IMG/VR virus record: IMGVR_UViG_3300016263_000565
Location: 1 to 39,927 of that record
DNA: 39,927 bases
Reading direction: 5' to 3' (one strand)
Origin: a virus
Lineage: Duplodnaviria > Caudoviricetes
The notes beneath the pieces were generated by a model. It was not told the origin of the DNA. It ran no database searches and was given only the letters and a program-made list of their open reading frames with translations. Made by a program: the position numbers and the translations under genes. Shown here piece after piece: positions 27,032 to 35,707 of this stretch; the first letter of the stretch is position 1; each line of letters starts with the position of its first letter.

Positions 27032-29980
27032 ATGCCGATTAGCACCACAACTGCAAACTATTCATTTACTGCTCGCGCAACTGGGATGGCGAAATACGCA
27101 GATACCTTCAATCCAACCGATCTTGTTGCCGCTGAGGGAATTGACTTTATACCCGTTGGAATATCAATGGATGGGAATGGAGACAAGGATGGCGGTAACG
27201 ATGTCTATAATTTCAGATCGTATCTTGTATTTAAACTTCCATTTACGGGAACAAGCGTTAACAAGCAAACGCTCACATCCGCTACTCTAAATTTGAAGTA
27301 CGAAACTGCGACAGTAAGGGTTACTCCTACCGATACAACCGCTAACCGTATGCCAGTATACGGAAACAATGGCACTAGAACGCTTCAGGTCTATAGAACT
27401 AATAACACGTTTACCGCCTCAACTTCTGGGAGCAATTGCTGGGAAGTAGCGGCAATGACCGTTACGGATACTACCAGATCGTGGGCTGGCGCGATGCTGC
27501 AGTATGATACATCAACTGTTGCATCTGTTGTTTTGAGTGGAACTATTGCGGACAATACGGTGGTTAGCATTGATGTGATGCCACTTATTAGGAAGATTGC
27601 GCCAACGTATATTGATACGCCGCTTGGCGCTGGACTAAACACGTCTCCAGCCGCAAGCGGAGAAGAAGAATTCTGCTTCATGCTTATGATTCCAACAACG
27701 CAAATAAGTACGGTGAACTGCGCCAACTTTGCTACTGGAAGCACTGGCGATGTTCAACTTACGATTGTGTCAACCTTAAATATTGCACCGCTCGCACCAA
27801 CTCCAACGGCTCCTGCAAACGGTTCGGTTCTCACCACGGCTACGCCAGTCTCGTTTTCTGCAACATATAACGATCAGACTGGTGATGCTCCAACTAAATT
27901 TGATTTACAAATTTCAGAGTTTGCATCCTTCAGCAAGAAGACTGTTGATACGACAGTAAACGATTCTGTTATTCCGCTAGACACTACAATTGCGCTAAGC
28001 ACCTTCAAGCCGAATGCAAAGTACTATTGGAGGATTAGGGCATACGACTTGGCTAATGCGGTTGGAGCGTGGAGCGCGGTGCAAAACTTTACGACTCCTT
28101 CGGTTACTGGCTGGGTCCCAACCACAGTTGAATCAACGCAGGTTACGCCGCCAAGGAACAAGTACCGACTTGAGTTCTATCCATTGCTTACAAGTCTAAA
28201 CGGATTTGATCCGAACCCATGCGCAGTAATCTTTGATGCGAAAGCAATAGGCATTTCCCATACGGTAAACAGCGTAGGGGAGTTCTTCTTTACCCTTCAG
28301 TCGGACCATGCGCAAATCTCCAAAGTTGTACCGCAAAAAACATTCTGGCGTGCGTGCAGGTGGGATGATCGTGTTGGATATTACAGAGTCATTGGAGAAG
28401 GGATCGTCACAAATTCGGAGATTACGCCGCACGAGGTAATCTTCTATGGAGTAGACAAACTTGGTATCCTGAACCGCACCGTCGTGTCGGCGGACAAGAT
28501 TGCCAGCGGAACATCCCATACTGGAACTATCTCTTCAATTCACGACACTATCACTAGGTCTACGGCAACAGCCTTTGCTGGGGCAACCGCTGGTGTTGTA
28601 ACCACAGGCAACGTACAGTTCACGGCAACAGCACACACATTTCTCGTTGGAGATTCCGTATTAATCAATACGATTACATCTGGAACGCAATCAGTTTCTG
28701 GTTCATACATCAAGACGGTCACATCAAAGGGCACTAATGCCGTTACGGTTCCATCATATCTCTCATCGGTGAGCATTACGGCGGCAACAAGAAACTCTCC
28801 AGCGAGCGGTCAGGTGACGTATACAACTGCGACTAATCATGGATTCTCAACTGGCATGAACGCAACTGTGACTAATATCGGAGGCGTTTCAACGTATAAC
28901 TTCTCCAATCTTCCGATAACCGTCCTCAGTCCTACAACGTTCTGGGCTACAGTTTCGGCGGGTACTGGAACTCCGACCTTCAATTCGGCAAGCGTCATCC
29001 TTGAAACAAATACGGCAACTATTACTCCGCTTAAGCGAACAGCCAATATGGGATGGGGCGAAACGCCAGCAGATACGTTCTCTTCCTACACCGTGGTAAA
29101 TAGCGCATACAGTACTGCGACTACCTCAAAGCAGGTTCAGATTGCTGGAGAGAAGGCTGCCGATGCACTGGCGGCAGTTGCAGATATCCTTATGGCTGGA
29201 ACAAGCAACAAGGTTATCCTAGAAAATCCAAATATTGGACAGCCCGCCAACAAGATTGACGAGATGAACACTGGTCTTCAGTACCGCCATCTAAAGGTTA
29301 CAGATATCGTCAAGCCCGCATGGTGGTTCCAGTATGGGGTAAACATCAAGAACTTTACGGTTCAAGACAACCTAAATACAATGGCAACAAAGGCTATTGT
29401 TATCAACAGAAACCTTGATTCTAGCACTACAAGTTTGTACAACAATGGCACGGCTGATGCTTCCCTGTACAGCGAGTATGGATTGATTGAGCAGATAGAG
29501 ATCATCAACGAGGAGCGCAACGACATTGAGTTCTCTGCCCAACTTCAGTACAACTTGCACCCCGATCGTCTATTCACAATCACAAGCGACGTGATCCCAA
29601 ATACGGTTTCTCCATTTGCAAACTACGCAGTTGGTGACGATATTACCGTGTACATCGTACATAATCGTGCTAATATAAAGAAAGATCTAACCATTGTTGG
29701 GCAGAGATGGGTTGGTAACTCGGCAGGCGCAGAGTTCCTTATGTTCATGTTCTCGCCAAGAATAACTCAGGAATTCTTGAATAAGGACAATAAGAAGAGC
29801 AGGAGAGGTCGCGTTCGCGGAGGAGAAGAAGAGTCAACGGTAGTAGAAGAAACGCCAGGGCGCGGACGTGGCGGTGGCGGAGGAGGGGACTGGACTGGCG
29901 GAGATAATCCAGTAGACCCGTTAGAGCCAACAGAGCCTACAAGACCAGAAGATATCTGGTACGACGGACCGTGGTCATAA
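27032..29980 (+). CDS. multidomain tail tip/baseplate hub (Tal-like) protein with FN3 and other beta domains
   Basis: RSYLVF.L...SATLNL (DNRLRE-like); YYWRIRAYD..GAWS (FN3); VNSVGEFFFTL, YGLIEQ and YAVGDDITV hub motifs. Confidence 0.6.
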   Translation: MPISTTTANYSFTARATGMAKYADTFNPTDLVAAEGIDFIPVGISMDGNGDKDGGNDVYNFRSYLVFKLPFTGTSVNKQTLTSATLNLKYETATVRVTPTDTTANRMPVYGNNGTRTLQVYRTNNTFTASTSGSNCWEVAAMTVTDTTRSWAGAMLQYDTSTVASVVLSGTIADNTVVSIDVMPLIRKIAPTYIDTPLGAGLNTSPAASGEEEFCFMLMIPTTQISTVNCANFATGSTGDVQLTIVSTLNIAPLAPTPTAPANGSVLTTATPVSFSATYNDQTGDAPTKFDLQISEFASFSKKTVDTTVNDSVIPLDTTIALSTFKPNAKYYWRIRAYDLANAVGAWSAVQNFTTPSVTGWVPTTVESTQVTPPRNKYRLEFYPLLTSLNGFDPNPCAVIFDAKAIGISHTVNSVGEFFFTLQSDHAQISKVVPQKTFWRACRWDDRVGYYRVIGEGIVTNSEITPHEVIFYGVDKLGILNRTVVSADKIASGTSHTGTISSIHDTITRSTATAFAGATAGVVTTGNVQFTATAHTFLVGDSVLINTITSGTQSVSGSYIKTVTSKGTNAVTVPSYLSSVSITAATRNSPASGQVTYTTATNHGFSTGMNATVTNIGGVSTYNFSNLPITVLSPTTFWATVSAGTGTPTFNSASVILETNTATITPLKRTANMGWGETPADTFSSYTVVNSAYSTATTSKQVQIAGEKAADALAAVADILMAGTSNKVILENPNIGQPANKIDEMNTGLQYRHLKVTDIVKPAWWFQYGVNIKNFTVQDNLNTMATKAIVINRNLDSSTTSLYNNGTADASLYSEYGLIEQIEIINEERNDIEFSAQLQYNLHPDRLFTITSDVIPNTVSPFANYAVGDDITVYIVHNRANIKKDLTIVGQRWVGNSAGAEFLMFMFSPRITQEFLNKDNKKSRRGRVRGGEEESTVVEETPGRGRGGGGGGDWTGGDNPVDPLEPTEPTRPEDIWYDGPWS

Positions 29981-30231
29981 TGACAACACAGAACTATAGG
30001 GCTATCCTTGAGGCAGTTACGGAAGTGAGGTCAGATGTGAACGATATCCGTAGCGAACTACTTGAACGACTGGATCGCATTGACGAGCGCCTTCGTCATG
30101 TAGAGATTGAGCAGGCTAAGTCAAACATCAGGACAGTAGAACTGTCCAACAAGTGGAAGGCTGGTATCGCGACGGGTATTGCGTCGGGTATCGCCGCCCT
30201 TCTTCAGGCACTCCTCGGAGCGCAGAAGTAA
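29980..30231 (+). CDS. small coiled-coil protein with a C-terminal TM helix (holin-like)
   Basis: TAATG start; LDRIDERLRHVE coil followed by a hydrophobic helix. Confidence 0.55.
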   Translation: MTTQNYRAILEAVTEVRSDVNDIRSELLERLDRIDERLRHVEIEQAKSNIRTVELSNKWKAGIATGIASGIAALLQALLGAQK

Positions 30232-30233
30232 GG

Positions 30234-30265
30234 GACCCGCTGTGGGGAGGAAGCCACAGCGGGTC
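30234..30265. terminator. stem-loop at the convergence of the two arms (bidirectional terminator candidate)
   Basis: Perfect 12-bp stem GACCCGCTGTGG-N8-CCACAGCGGGTC between convergent stop codons. Confidence 0.75.
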
Positions 30266-30271
30266 AGGTTA

Positions 30272-30601
30272 CTACTTTGAACCGAACTCCTTGAGTACGG
30301 CTGCTTCAATCGCAGCGTCTACTGCGTCAAAGTCCAACTTAATTCCGTACTTCTTGAGCAGGTCTGCGATCTGACCATAGGCGATGCTCTTCTTGACCTC
30401 GCCGTCTTCTGCCCAGAACTCCTGCTCAACCGCAAGAACCACGGTTGTAACAATGCTTGCAAGTGTAGCATACTGCTTGGCGCTGGTGTTAGCCTTGACC
30501 AACTTGTTCACATTGCGGAGGAGCCACGCCCCTCCCGCTACCGCCACAGTCACAAGGACTGGAGCGGCTGCATTTACTAGAGCGTTGACGAATACTTCCA
30601 T
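30272..30601 (-). CDS. phage holin, LL-H-like family
   Basis: N-terminal TM then V.AVEQ....G.VKK..A and IEAAV motifs; alternative GTG start at 30607. Confidence 0.75.
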   Translation of the reverse strand: MEVFVNALVNAAAPVLVTVAVAGGAWLLRNVNKLVKANTSAKQYATLASIVTTVVLAVEQEFWAEDGEVKKSIAYGQIADLLKKYGIKLDFDAVDAAIEAAVLKEFGSK

Positions 30602-30603
30602 GC

Positions 30604-31344
30604 TCACCCTCCTCGGTGAATGTTGCGGACCAGTCGCTTCAACTTGCCATACACATCACGAGTCACATACACGTCCGCGATATTATGCTCAATGATTTTA
30701 TCGTAGGCTGCCTTGTCTCCATGGTCAGCCTTGTCCCAGATCCTCGGGTCAAGCGGAGTCTTCTTGTTCTCCACCCCAAAGTACTTGGACACGTTATCTA
30801 GCGACTTGCGCCCAACGCGAACGGCAGAGCCAGTCGCCTTGTACATCAAGTCAATGTGCATCAAGGGATCGCACGGCTCCTGCCCAGAAGCAAGGAGTCG
30901 GGCGTTGATAATCGGGAGGTCAAACAACTTGCTGTTCCAGCCCACGATAATGTCGTATCCCTCAAGGCTTTCCTTGACGGCACGAACAAGAACAGAGTCG
31001 TCAGTCCACGATTCACCCTTGTACCTAGGATCATCCAGTCGGAATACCTCCAGGTTTCCGAAGCCGTCTACGATGCAGACTGAGAGGATCCTGCTCCATG
31101 CGGAGTAGGTTGTCTCAATGTCGTAGAAAGCAATCGTCGGTCCGACATATCCCTTAGGGGACTTGCTTGCCGAGACCGACGCTGGAATCTTCGTTGCTGT
31201 GATGGCGCTTCCATCATCTTCAAGGTATCTCTTGTATACCTTCTGTACTGCATCCTTACTCATGCCGACAACCTTGCCGATCTGCGTATAGGATTTGCCT
31301 TCCTCTTTCATTGCGATGATCTGCCTAGTCAGTGCGTTGGACAT
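30604..31344 (-). CDS. DnaQ/RNase H-like (DEDD, YprB-type) 3'-5' exonuclease with an N-terminal HTH
   Basis: FYDIET, GWNSKLFDLP, HIDL and HNIADV motifs; GKSYTQIGKVVGMSKDAVQK HTH. Confidence 0.85.
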   Translation of the reverse strand: MSNALTRQIIAMKEEGKSYTQIGKVVGMSKDAVQKVYKRYLEDDGSAITATKIPASVSASKSPKGYVGPTIAFYDIETTYSAWSRILSVCIVDGFGNLEVFRLDDPRYKGESWTDDSVLVRAVKESLEGYDIIVGWNSKLFDLPIINARLLASGQEPCDPLMHIDLMYKATGSAVRVGRKSLDNVSKYFGVENKKTPLDPRIWDKADHGDKAAYDKIIEHNIADVYVTRDVYGKLKRLVRNIHRGG

Positions 31345-31588
31345 TAGAGTCCCCCTTCGCTACGGCATTGAGTTGGGTCTCCAGAATATCTGCTCCCACC
31401 TCTACGCCAAGTAGAACCGCCCCAACGATATCGTTGGACACTAGGTTCTCGTTGATCATCTTCATGATGGTCAACCTATATTGCTCGTTGGTTTTAGCCT
31501 CACCAACAAACGCCTTCATTTTTTCCAAGGCAATATAGGCGGCGGCTCCCGAAGCAGCCAGCGCAGAGATTGCCCTGCTATCGTTCAT
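31325..31588 (-). CDS. hypothetical protein
   Basis: ORF packed in the operon with short overlaps. Confidence 0.6.
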   Translation of the reverse strand: MNDSRAISALAASGAAAYIALEKMKAFVGEAKTNEQYRLTIMKMINENLVSNDIVGAVLLGVEVGADILETQLNAVAKGDSNVQRTD

Positions 31589-31778
31589 ATTCTACCATTG
31601 TCGCTGCCAGACCTACCACTACAATCCCCGCAATTGGGTCTGGGAGGCTCGTAGAGGCGAGCAATAGGGCAGAGAGCCATAACCCTAGGCTATACCTCCG
31701 AACCGCCTTGGAAGCCCGTTCTACGACCACGCGGATTGGGCTGGGGTTGTCCTCAACATTGACCTCGTTAGTTGCCAT
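31578..31778 (-). CDS. small two-TM membrane protein
   Basis: TAATG coupling; two hydrophobic segments. Confidence 0.6.
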   Translation of the reverse strand: MATNEVNVEDNPSPIRVVVERASKAVRRYSLGLWLSALLLASTSLPDPIAGIVVVGLAATMVEYER

Positions 31779-31969
31779 TAGAACTTCACCTTTCCTGTGA
31801 TGAAGAGGGCTACATCCGCAGCCTTCTTCAGGATCTCTATCTCAAAGGGGTTGGTGCCGTCCACATCTCCCTTGAGTCCTGCCTGTTCCCTCATGACCGC
31901 GAGCGCGTACCGATACGCGTACATCCAATGCGGCAACATGTCTTCCACTTGTGCCTTTCTAACTGCCAT
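31778..31969 (-). CDS. hypothetical protein (MAVRKAQVEDMLPHW...)
   Basis: Start moved to ATG at 31969 with GGAG upstream; the longer ORF overlaps the resolvase gene. Confidence 0.6.
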   Translation of the reverse strand: MAVRKAQVEDMLPHWMYAYRYALAVMREQAGLKGDVDGTNPFEIEILKKAADVALFITGKVKF

Positions 31970-32285
31970 TGTCTTTTTCTCCCACATAATCCAGAAAGTC
32001 CTGGAGTTCCATCGCGATAATGATTCGTCTCTTATTGCCTGGACCTGGCGAATCTCCGATAACAACAGCGGCTGTCCTGTTAGCCACTGGTCTGATGGAC
32101 GATATCCAATCGTAGATTCGTTCAGGGAAGGCTGATCCAACTTTGCATTGGATGACGAGTCGTTCGCTTGTAACGTCATCTTTGCCTCCGTACATGCCAG
32201 TTCGCCTTCCTCCCACAAGAGCGGCAACCTCCCTTTCAAAGGAGATGCCGCGCTTGCGGTTGAGGCGACCTTTACGTGCGTCCAT
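31959..32285 (-). CDS. Hjc-like PD-(D/E)XK nuclease, putative Holliday junction resolvase
   Basis: RG..FERE.A, D and IQCK motif order. Confidence 0.7.
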   Translation of the reverse strand: MDARKGRLNRKRGISFEREVAALVGGRRTGMYGGKDDVTSERLVIQCKVGSAFPERIYDWISSIRPVANRTAAVVIGDSPGPGNKRRIIIAMELQDFLDYVGEKDNGS

Positions 32286-32443
32286 TATCCTTTGATTGCC
32301 GTGACTAGGATGTAGCCTAGCGTTATGCCAAGGATGCCAGCCACTCCAGCGATTGTTGGCGGTGCTGGTACGGCAGCACCAATGACGGAGAAGAACGCGC
32401 CGACTGCAAGTCCTCCGCCAAGCGATACTAGGATCTCAATCAT
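32285..32443 (-). CDS. XapX/DUF1427-like small membrane protein MIEILVSLGGGLAVGAFFSVIGAAVPAPPTIAGVAGILGITLGYILVTAIKG (not in the ORF track)
   Basis: ATGA and TAATG overlaps on both sides; TM-PAPP-TM with the SL..GL.VG..F and G..GI.G...G signature. Confidence 0.75.
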   Translation of the reverse strand: MIEILVSLGGGLAVGAFFSVIGAAVPAPPTIAGVAGILGITLGYILVTAIKG

Positions 32444-32826
32444 GATGCCTTCTTAAGTGGTCCGAAGATAAGCGGAGACACTTCGTTGGCGGTGAAGTCT
32501 GCGTAGGTCTTGCCGTCTACGGTGCGGCTTCCACCCTGTCGCCACTTGCCAATCAGGTGCGCATGCGGTCGGGGGTCGCCCTCCGCAAGGGACATAGCCT
32601 TGGCGTATACCTTCTCTACGTGATCCATCAAGCCAGCGTCAAACACGGTGACGTTGACGTACACGTATCTGCTAGGCGCTGCTCCGCTCTTGCCAGAACT
32701 AAGCCAAGCGTCATACGCCTCAGCCTGCCACGTGCCGTAGAACTCCAAGATTGGAGTACCATTCTTCGTGGTCTTGCGAACTGGTTGCTTCTTATCCGAC
32801 AGCCAAATGTCAATACGATCAGACAT
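32440..32826 (-). CDS. putative single-stranded DNA-binding (OB-fold) protein
   Basis: RKTTKNGT and YVNVTVF beta pattern; next to ERF; lacks an acidic tail. Confidence 0.5.
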   Translation of the reverse strand: MSDRIDIWLSDKKQPVRKTTKNGTPILEFYGTWQAEAYDAWLSSGKSGAAPSRYVYVNVTVFDAGLMDHVEKVYAKAMSLAEGDPRPHAHLIGKWRQGGSRTVDGKTYADFTANEVSPLIFGPLKKAS

Positions 32827-32834
32827 ACTTCCTC

Positions 32835-33338
32835 CTAGAAATCAATGGCGCTTGGGTCAAATGCCTGCGCCTTCTTCTCTGGTTCCTCTGCAAAGATCTT
32901 CTTTGCAGCCGCAGCGACTACCGCGTCGCCACTCTTCTCGTTCTCTGGGTCATCACCTGTTGGGATGAGGAACCCTAGCAGCAGGGCGTACTTGAGTGCG
33001 CCTGTCATTGCCTTGTAGACAGCCTTGTCTGTGCTGTCTGAACCAGAACCAACCGACTGGAAGGTGACGAACTCGCCAGTCTCTCCATCGGTAATCTGCC
33101 ACGTTACCCGCAGGGTAATGAGGGCTTGCTTCCCGCTTGGCGTAAGACCTGATTCGGTCACGTCAATATTGGCAGGCACCATGGTGAGGGATCGCTTGGC
33201 GAACTCATCACGAATCTTGTCGGCAACTGCTGCCGCCTGCACATACTTATACCCCTGAGAGGCATTCGTTCCAGTCTTCTCAATATAACCGACAGCCTTC
33301 AGGATTTCCGACAACTTACTATGAATCTTGCTAGACAT
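32835..33338 (-). CDS. erf: ERF-family single-strand annealing protein
   Basis: K.G.N..QGYKY and G.G.DSTDKAVYKAMTGA.KYAL...F.IPTGDDPE motifs; AGGAGG SD. Confidence 0.85.
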   Translation of the reverse strand: MSSKIHSKLSEILKAVGYIEKTGTNASQGYKYVQAAAVADKIRDEFAKRSLTMVPANIDVTESGLTPSGKQALITLRVTWQITDGETGEFVTFQSVGSGSDSTDKAVYKAMTGALKYALLLGFLIPTGDDPENEKSGDAVVAAAAKKIFAEEPEKKAQAFDPSAIDF

Positions 33339-33348
33339 ACTTGTCCTC

Positions 33349-33717
33349 CTATCTGGGTCCATTGTATACCAATGGCTCTATCGTTACCTTTACCACCCCA
33401 ATATGTAGTGGTGCTAACTTCTCAAAGAGATATGGGGATAGGTCAATGACTCGCCCTCCCCATCCGTCTCTGTGGCAAGCCCCGCAATGATCCATCACCT
33501 TGCAGATGAATGCCGTTCCGTTCCCACTTACCCTAACGTACTGCCGCTTGCTGTGGTAGTGTCGGTATTCTCCCACCGCACAGTAGTACTTGGGAGGTTC
33601 GCTCCCTCGGATAGAGTTAGTTGCATACCATGTAGCCACCCCCTTCTGCCTTGCCGTGATCGGCAAATCTAAATGCTTGTTTGGTATCAGAAGAAGTAAC
33701 GCAAGGATAATACTCAT
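33349..33717 (-). CDS. RlpA-like double-psi beta-barrel protein with an N-terminal signal/TM segment
   Basis: G.ATWY, V.D.CG.C and R.IDLS...F..LA...GVV.V signature; ATGA overlap. Confidence 0.8.
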   Translation of the reverse strand: MSIILALLLLIPNKHLDLPITARQKGVATWYATNSIRGSEPPKYYCAVGEYRHYHSKRQYVRVSGNGTAFICKVMDHCGACHRDGWGGRVIDLSPYLFEKLAPLHIGVVKVTIEPLVYNGPR

Positions 33718-34394
33718 CCTCGGCACTCCGTCTTATACCTGCAGTATGAACACGGATACATACTGTTCGCTGTCTTTCCTTCTGGGATAGGCAACTGCGG
33801 CGGTATTCGGTTTCTATCTTTGAAGTGGCGAGCAACCTTGAGTGTACGCCATGCGCGGTCCCTTTCGTCATCGGTGACGATGTACTCCTTCATGGAGAAG
33901 TCATCAGCGTTGATGTAGATGACACGCGCAGGGCGTACAAAGCCGTCTGCTTTCTGCATGGCAATGGCATAGAGTGCAGCCTGTGTCGCATGCTCAGGTT
34001 TTGGGGCATCCTTGATCCACTTGAATGCAGTTGCCTTTGTTGACTTGAACTCCCAAACCTCTTGTGTTCCGTCAACCCATGTGACTACAGCGTCTACGTT
34101 TCCAGCAAAGTCATATGCTGGAATCCCAACTGGCACTTCTGTTTCGTACTGAACGATGCCTGGTGCTTTCGCAAAGATACTGCTAAGCCATTCCGAAACT
34201 GCATGTCCTCGCTCAAAGACACGAAGCACCTTGTCGTCAAATGGTTCTGACGGCGGAACACCAGTGCTGTCGTACCAATGCGCCCTGAGGCAGCCGCCCA
34301 TAAGGGAGCCACGCCAGAACGCCTTGGACGGACGACCGATCTCCTGCTTCGCCCTGACCACAGCGTCAAACTGTGCGGATGCTGATCGTTCCAT
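33714..34394 (-). CDS. Cas4-like PD-(D/E)XK exonuclease with a 4-Cys Fe-S motif
   Basis: GCLR, G..V, D, EFKS, Q..LY and CSYC.Y...C motifs; no CRISPR context. Confidence 0.85.
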   Translation of the reverse strand: MERSASAQFDAVVRAKQEIGRPSKAFWRGSLMGGCLRAHWYDSTGVPPSEPFDDKVLRVFERGHAVSEWLSSIFAKAPGIVQYETEVPVGIPAYDFAGNVDAVVTWVDGTQEVWEFKSTKATAFKWIKDAPKPEHATQAALYAIAMQKADGFVRPARVIYINADDFSMKEYIVTDDERDRAWRTLKVARHFKDRNRIPPQLPIPEGKTANSMYPCSYCRYKTECRG

Positions 34395-34402
34395 AGTTCC
34401 TC

Positions 34403-35707
34403 CTATTGCTCACCCGAGGTGAACGATGTTGTTGACTTCCTGAAGATCAGGCTTAGATCTCCAGTCGGTCCGTTGCGATTCTTCGCAACCTTGACACTAA
34501 CTGTATCATAGTACTCGTCGTTCTGCTCCTTTGGCTTCCATAGCATGATGACCACATCGGCATCTTGCTCAATGCTCCCGCTATCCCTGAGGTCGGCAAG
34601 CCTCGGCTCACCGCTGTCACGGTACTCTGAGTTGCGGCTCAACTGCGACAGCGCGATGACTGGCACGTTGAGTTCCCTTGCGATTTGCTTGAGAGTACGG
34701 CTGATCTCTGCTGTTTCCATCACTCGGTTGGCATCCTTCTGCTGCCGCACAGCAGATAGCAACTGGATGTAGTCAATGACTACCATGTCCAGCCCTTTCT
34801 CCTGCCGCAACTTGCGGCATCGGCTACGGATCTCAATCGGCGTGAGGGATGAGGCATCGTCAACATAGATACGTGCGTCCTTGATACGGTCGGCAGCCTC
34901 TGCCAACTTGTTGATTTCTTCTGGGGTGCCAGACCCATTGCGAATCTTGGAGATGTCAACGTGCGCTGCGTCGGCAAGGATGCGAGTGGCAATCTGCTCG
35001 CCAGACATTTCTAGCGAGAAGATGGCGACCGCCTTGCCCTGACGTAGTGCAGCGTTGGTTGCAAGGTTGACAGCCAGTGCCGTCTTGCCAACAGACGGAC
35101 GCGCTGCAACAACCACGAGATCTGAGTTAGCCCAACCCCCAACCACCTTGTCCATTGGGATGATGCCCGACTTGATGGTTACGTTCTCTCCAAGCGCAGC
35201 GCGCTCCATTGACTTCCAAGACCTGCCAAGCAGTTCGCCTAGGTCGTCAAAGGATGAGTTACTCCTTGCTCGTGATAGCCGATAGATCTCTGACTCTGCC
35301 TTATCCAACGCCTCGTCGGAAGGCAGACCTTGATAACCTATCTCCGCAATCTTCGCAGCAGTACTGATGAGTCGCCTGCTTACTGCAGCCTCCTCAACCA
35401 TCAAAGCGTACGACTCTACATTCGCAGAAGTCGGTGTCTTAGATTCGTACTGGGCGATACACGAACGACCACCTGCTTCGTCTAGTTTGCCTTGCTTCTC
35501 AAGGTACTCCGACACGGTGACCACATCAATGGCAATGTTGTTCTTGGCTAGATGTTGCATCGCACCATACACAATCCTATTCGCATTGGAGTAGAAGTCC
35601 TCTGCATCTAGGATCTCTAGCGTAGACGGAACACAACTGTTGTCTATCAGCATTGCGCCGATGACTGAATCCTCCGCCTCCGCATGATGCGGTGTCTTAC
35701 TATTCAT
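34403..35707 (-). CDS. dnaB: replicative DNA helicase
   Basis: AE.SVIG, ARPSVGKT, SLEMS, IDYIQL, LSQLSR, DLRDSGSIEQDAD and KNRNGP motifs. Confidence 0.97.
   Translation of the reverse strand: MNSKTPHHAEAEDSVIGAMLIDNSCVPSTLEILDAEDFYSNANRIVYGAMQHLAKNNIAIDVVTVSEYLEKQGKLDEAGGRSCIAQYESKTPTSANVESYALMVEEAAVSRRLISTAAKIAEIGYQGLPSDEALDKAESEIYRLSRARSNSSFDDLGELLGRSWKSMERAALGENVTIKSGIIPMDKVVGGWANSDLVVVAARPSVGKTALAVNLATNAALRQGKAVAIFSLEMSGEQIATRILADAAHVDISKIRNGSGTPEEINKLAEAADRIKDARIYVDDASSLTPIEIRSRCRKLRQEKGLDMVVIDYIQLLSAVRQQKDANRVMETAEISRTLKQIARELNVPVIALSQLSRNSEYRDSGEPRLADLRDSGSIEQDADVVIMLWKPKEQNDEYYDTVSVKVAKNRNGPTGDLSLIFRKSTTSFTSGEQ

Noticed and set aside
33714-34394. CRISPR-Cas system
   Set aside because: Solo Cas4-like nuclease in a recombination operon, with no array or other cas genes
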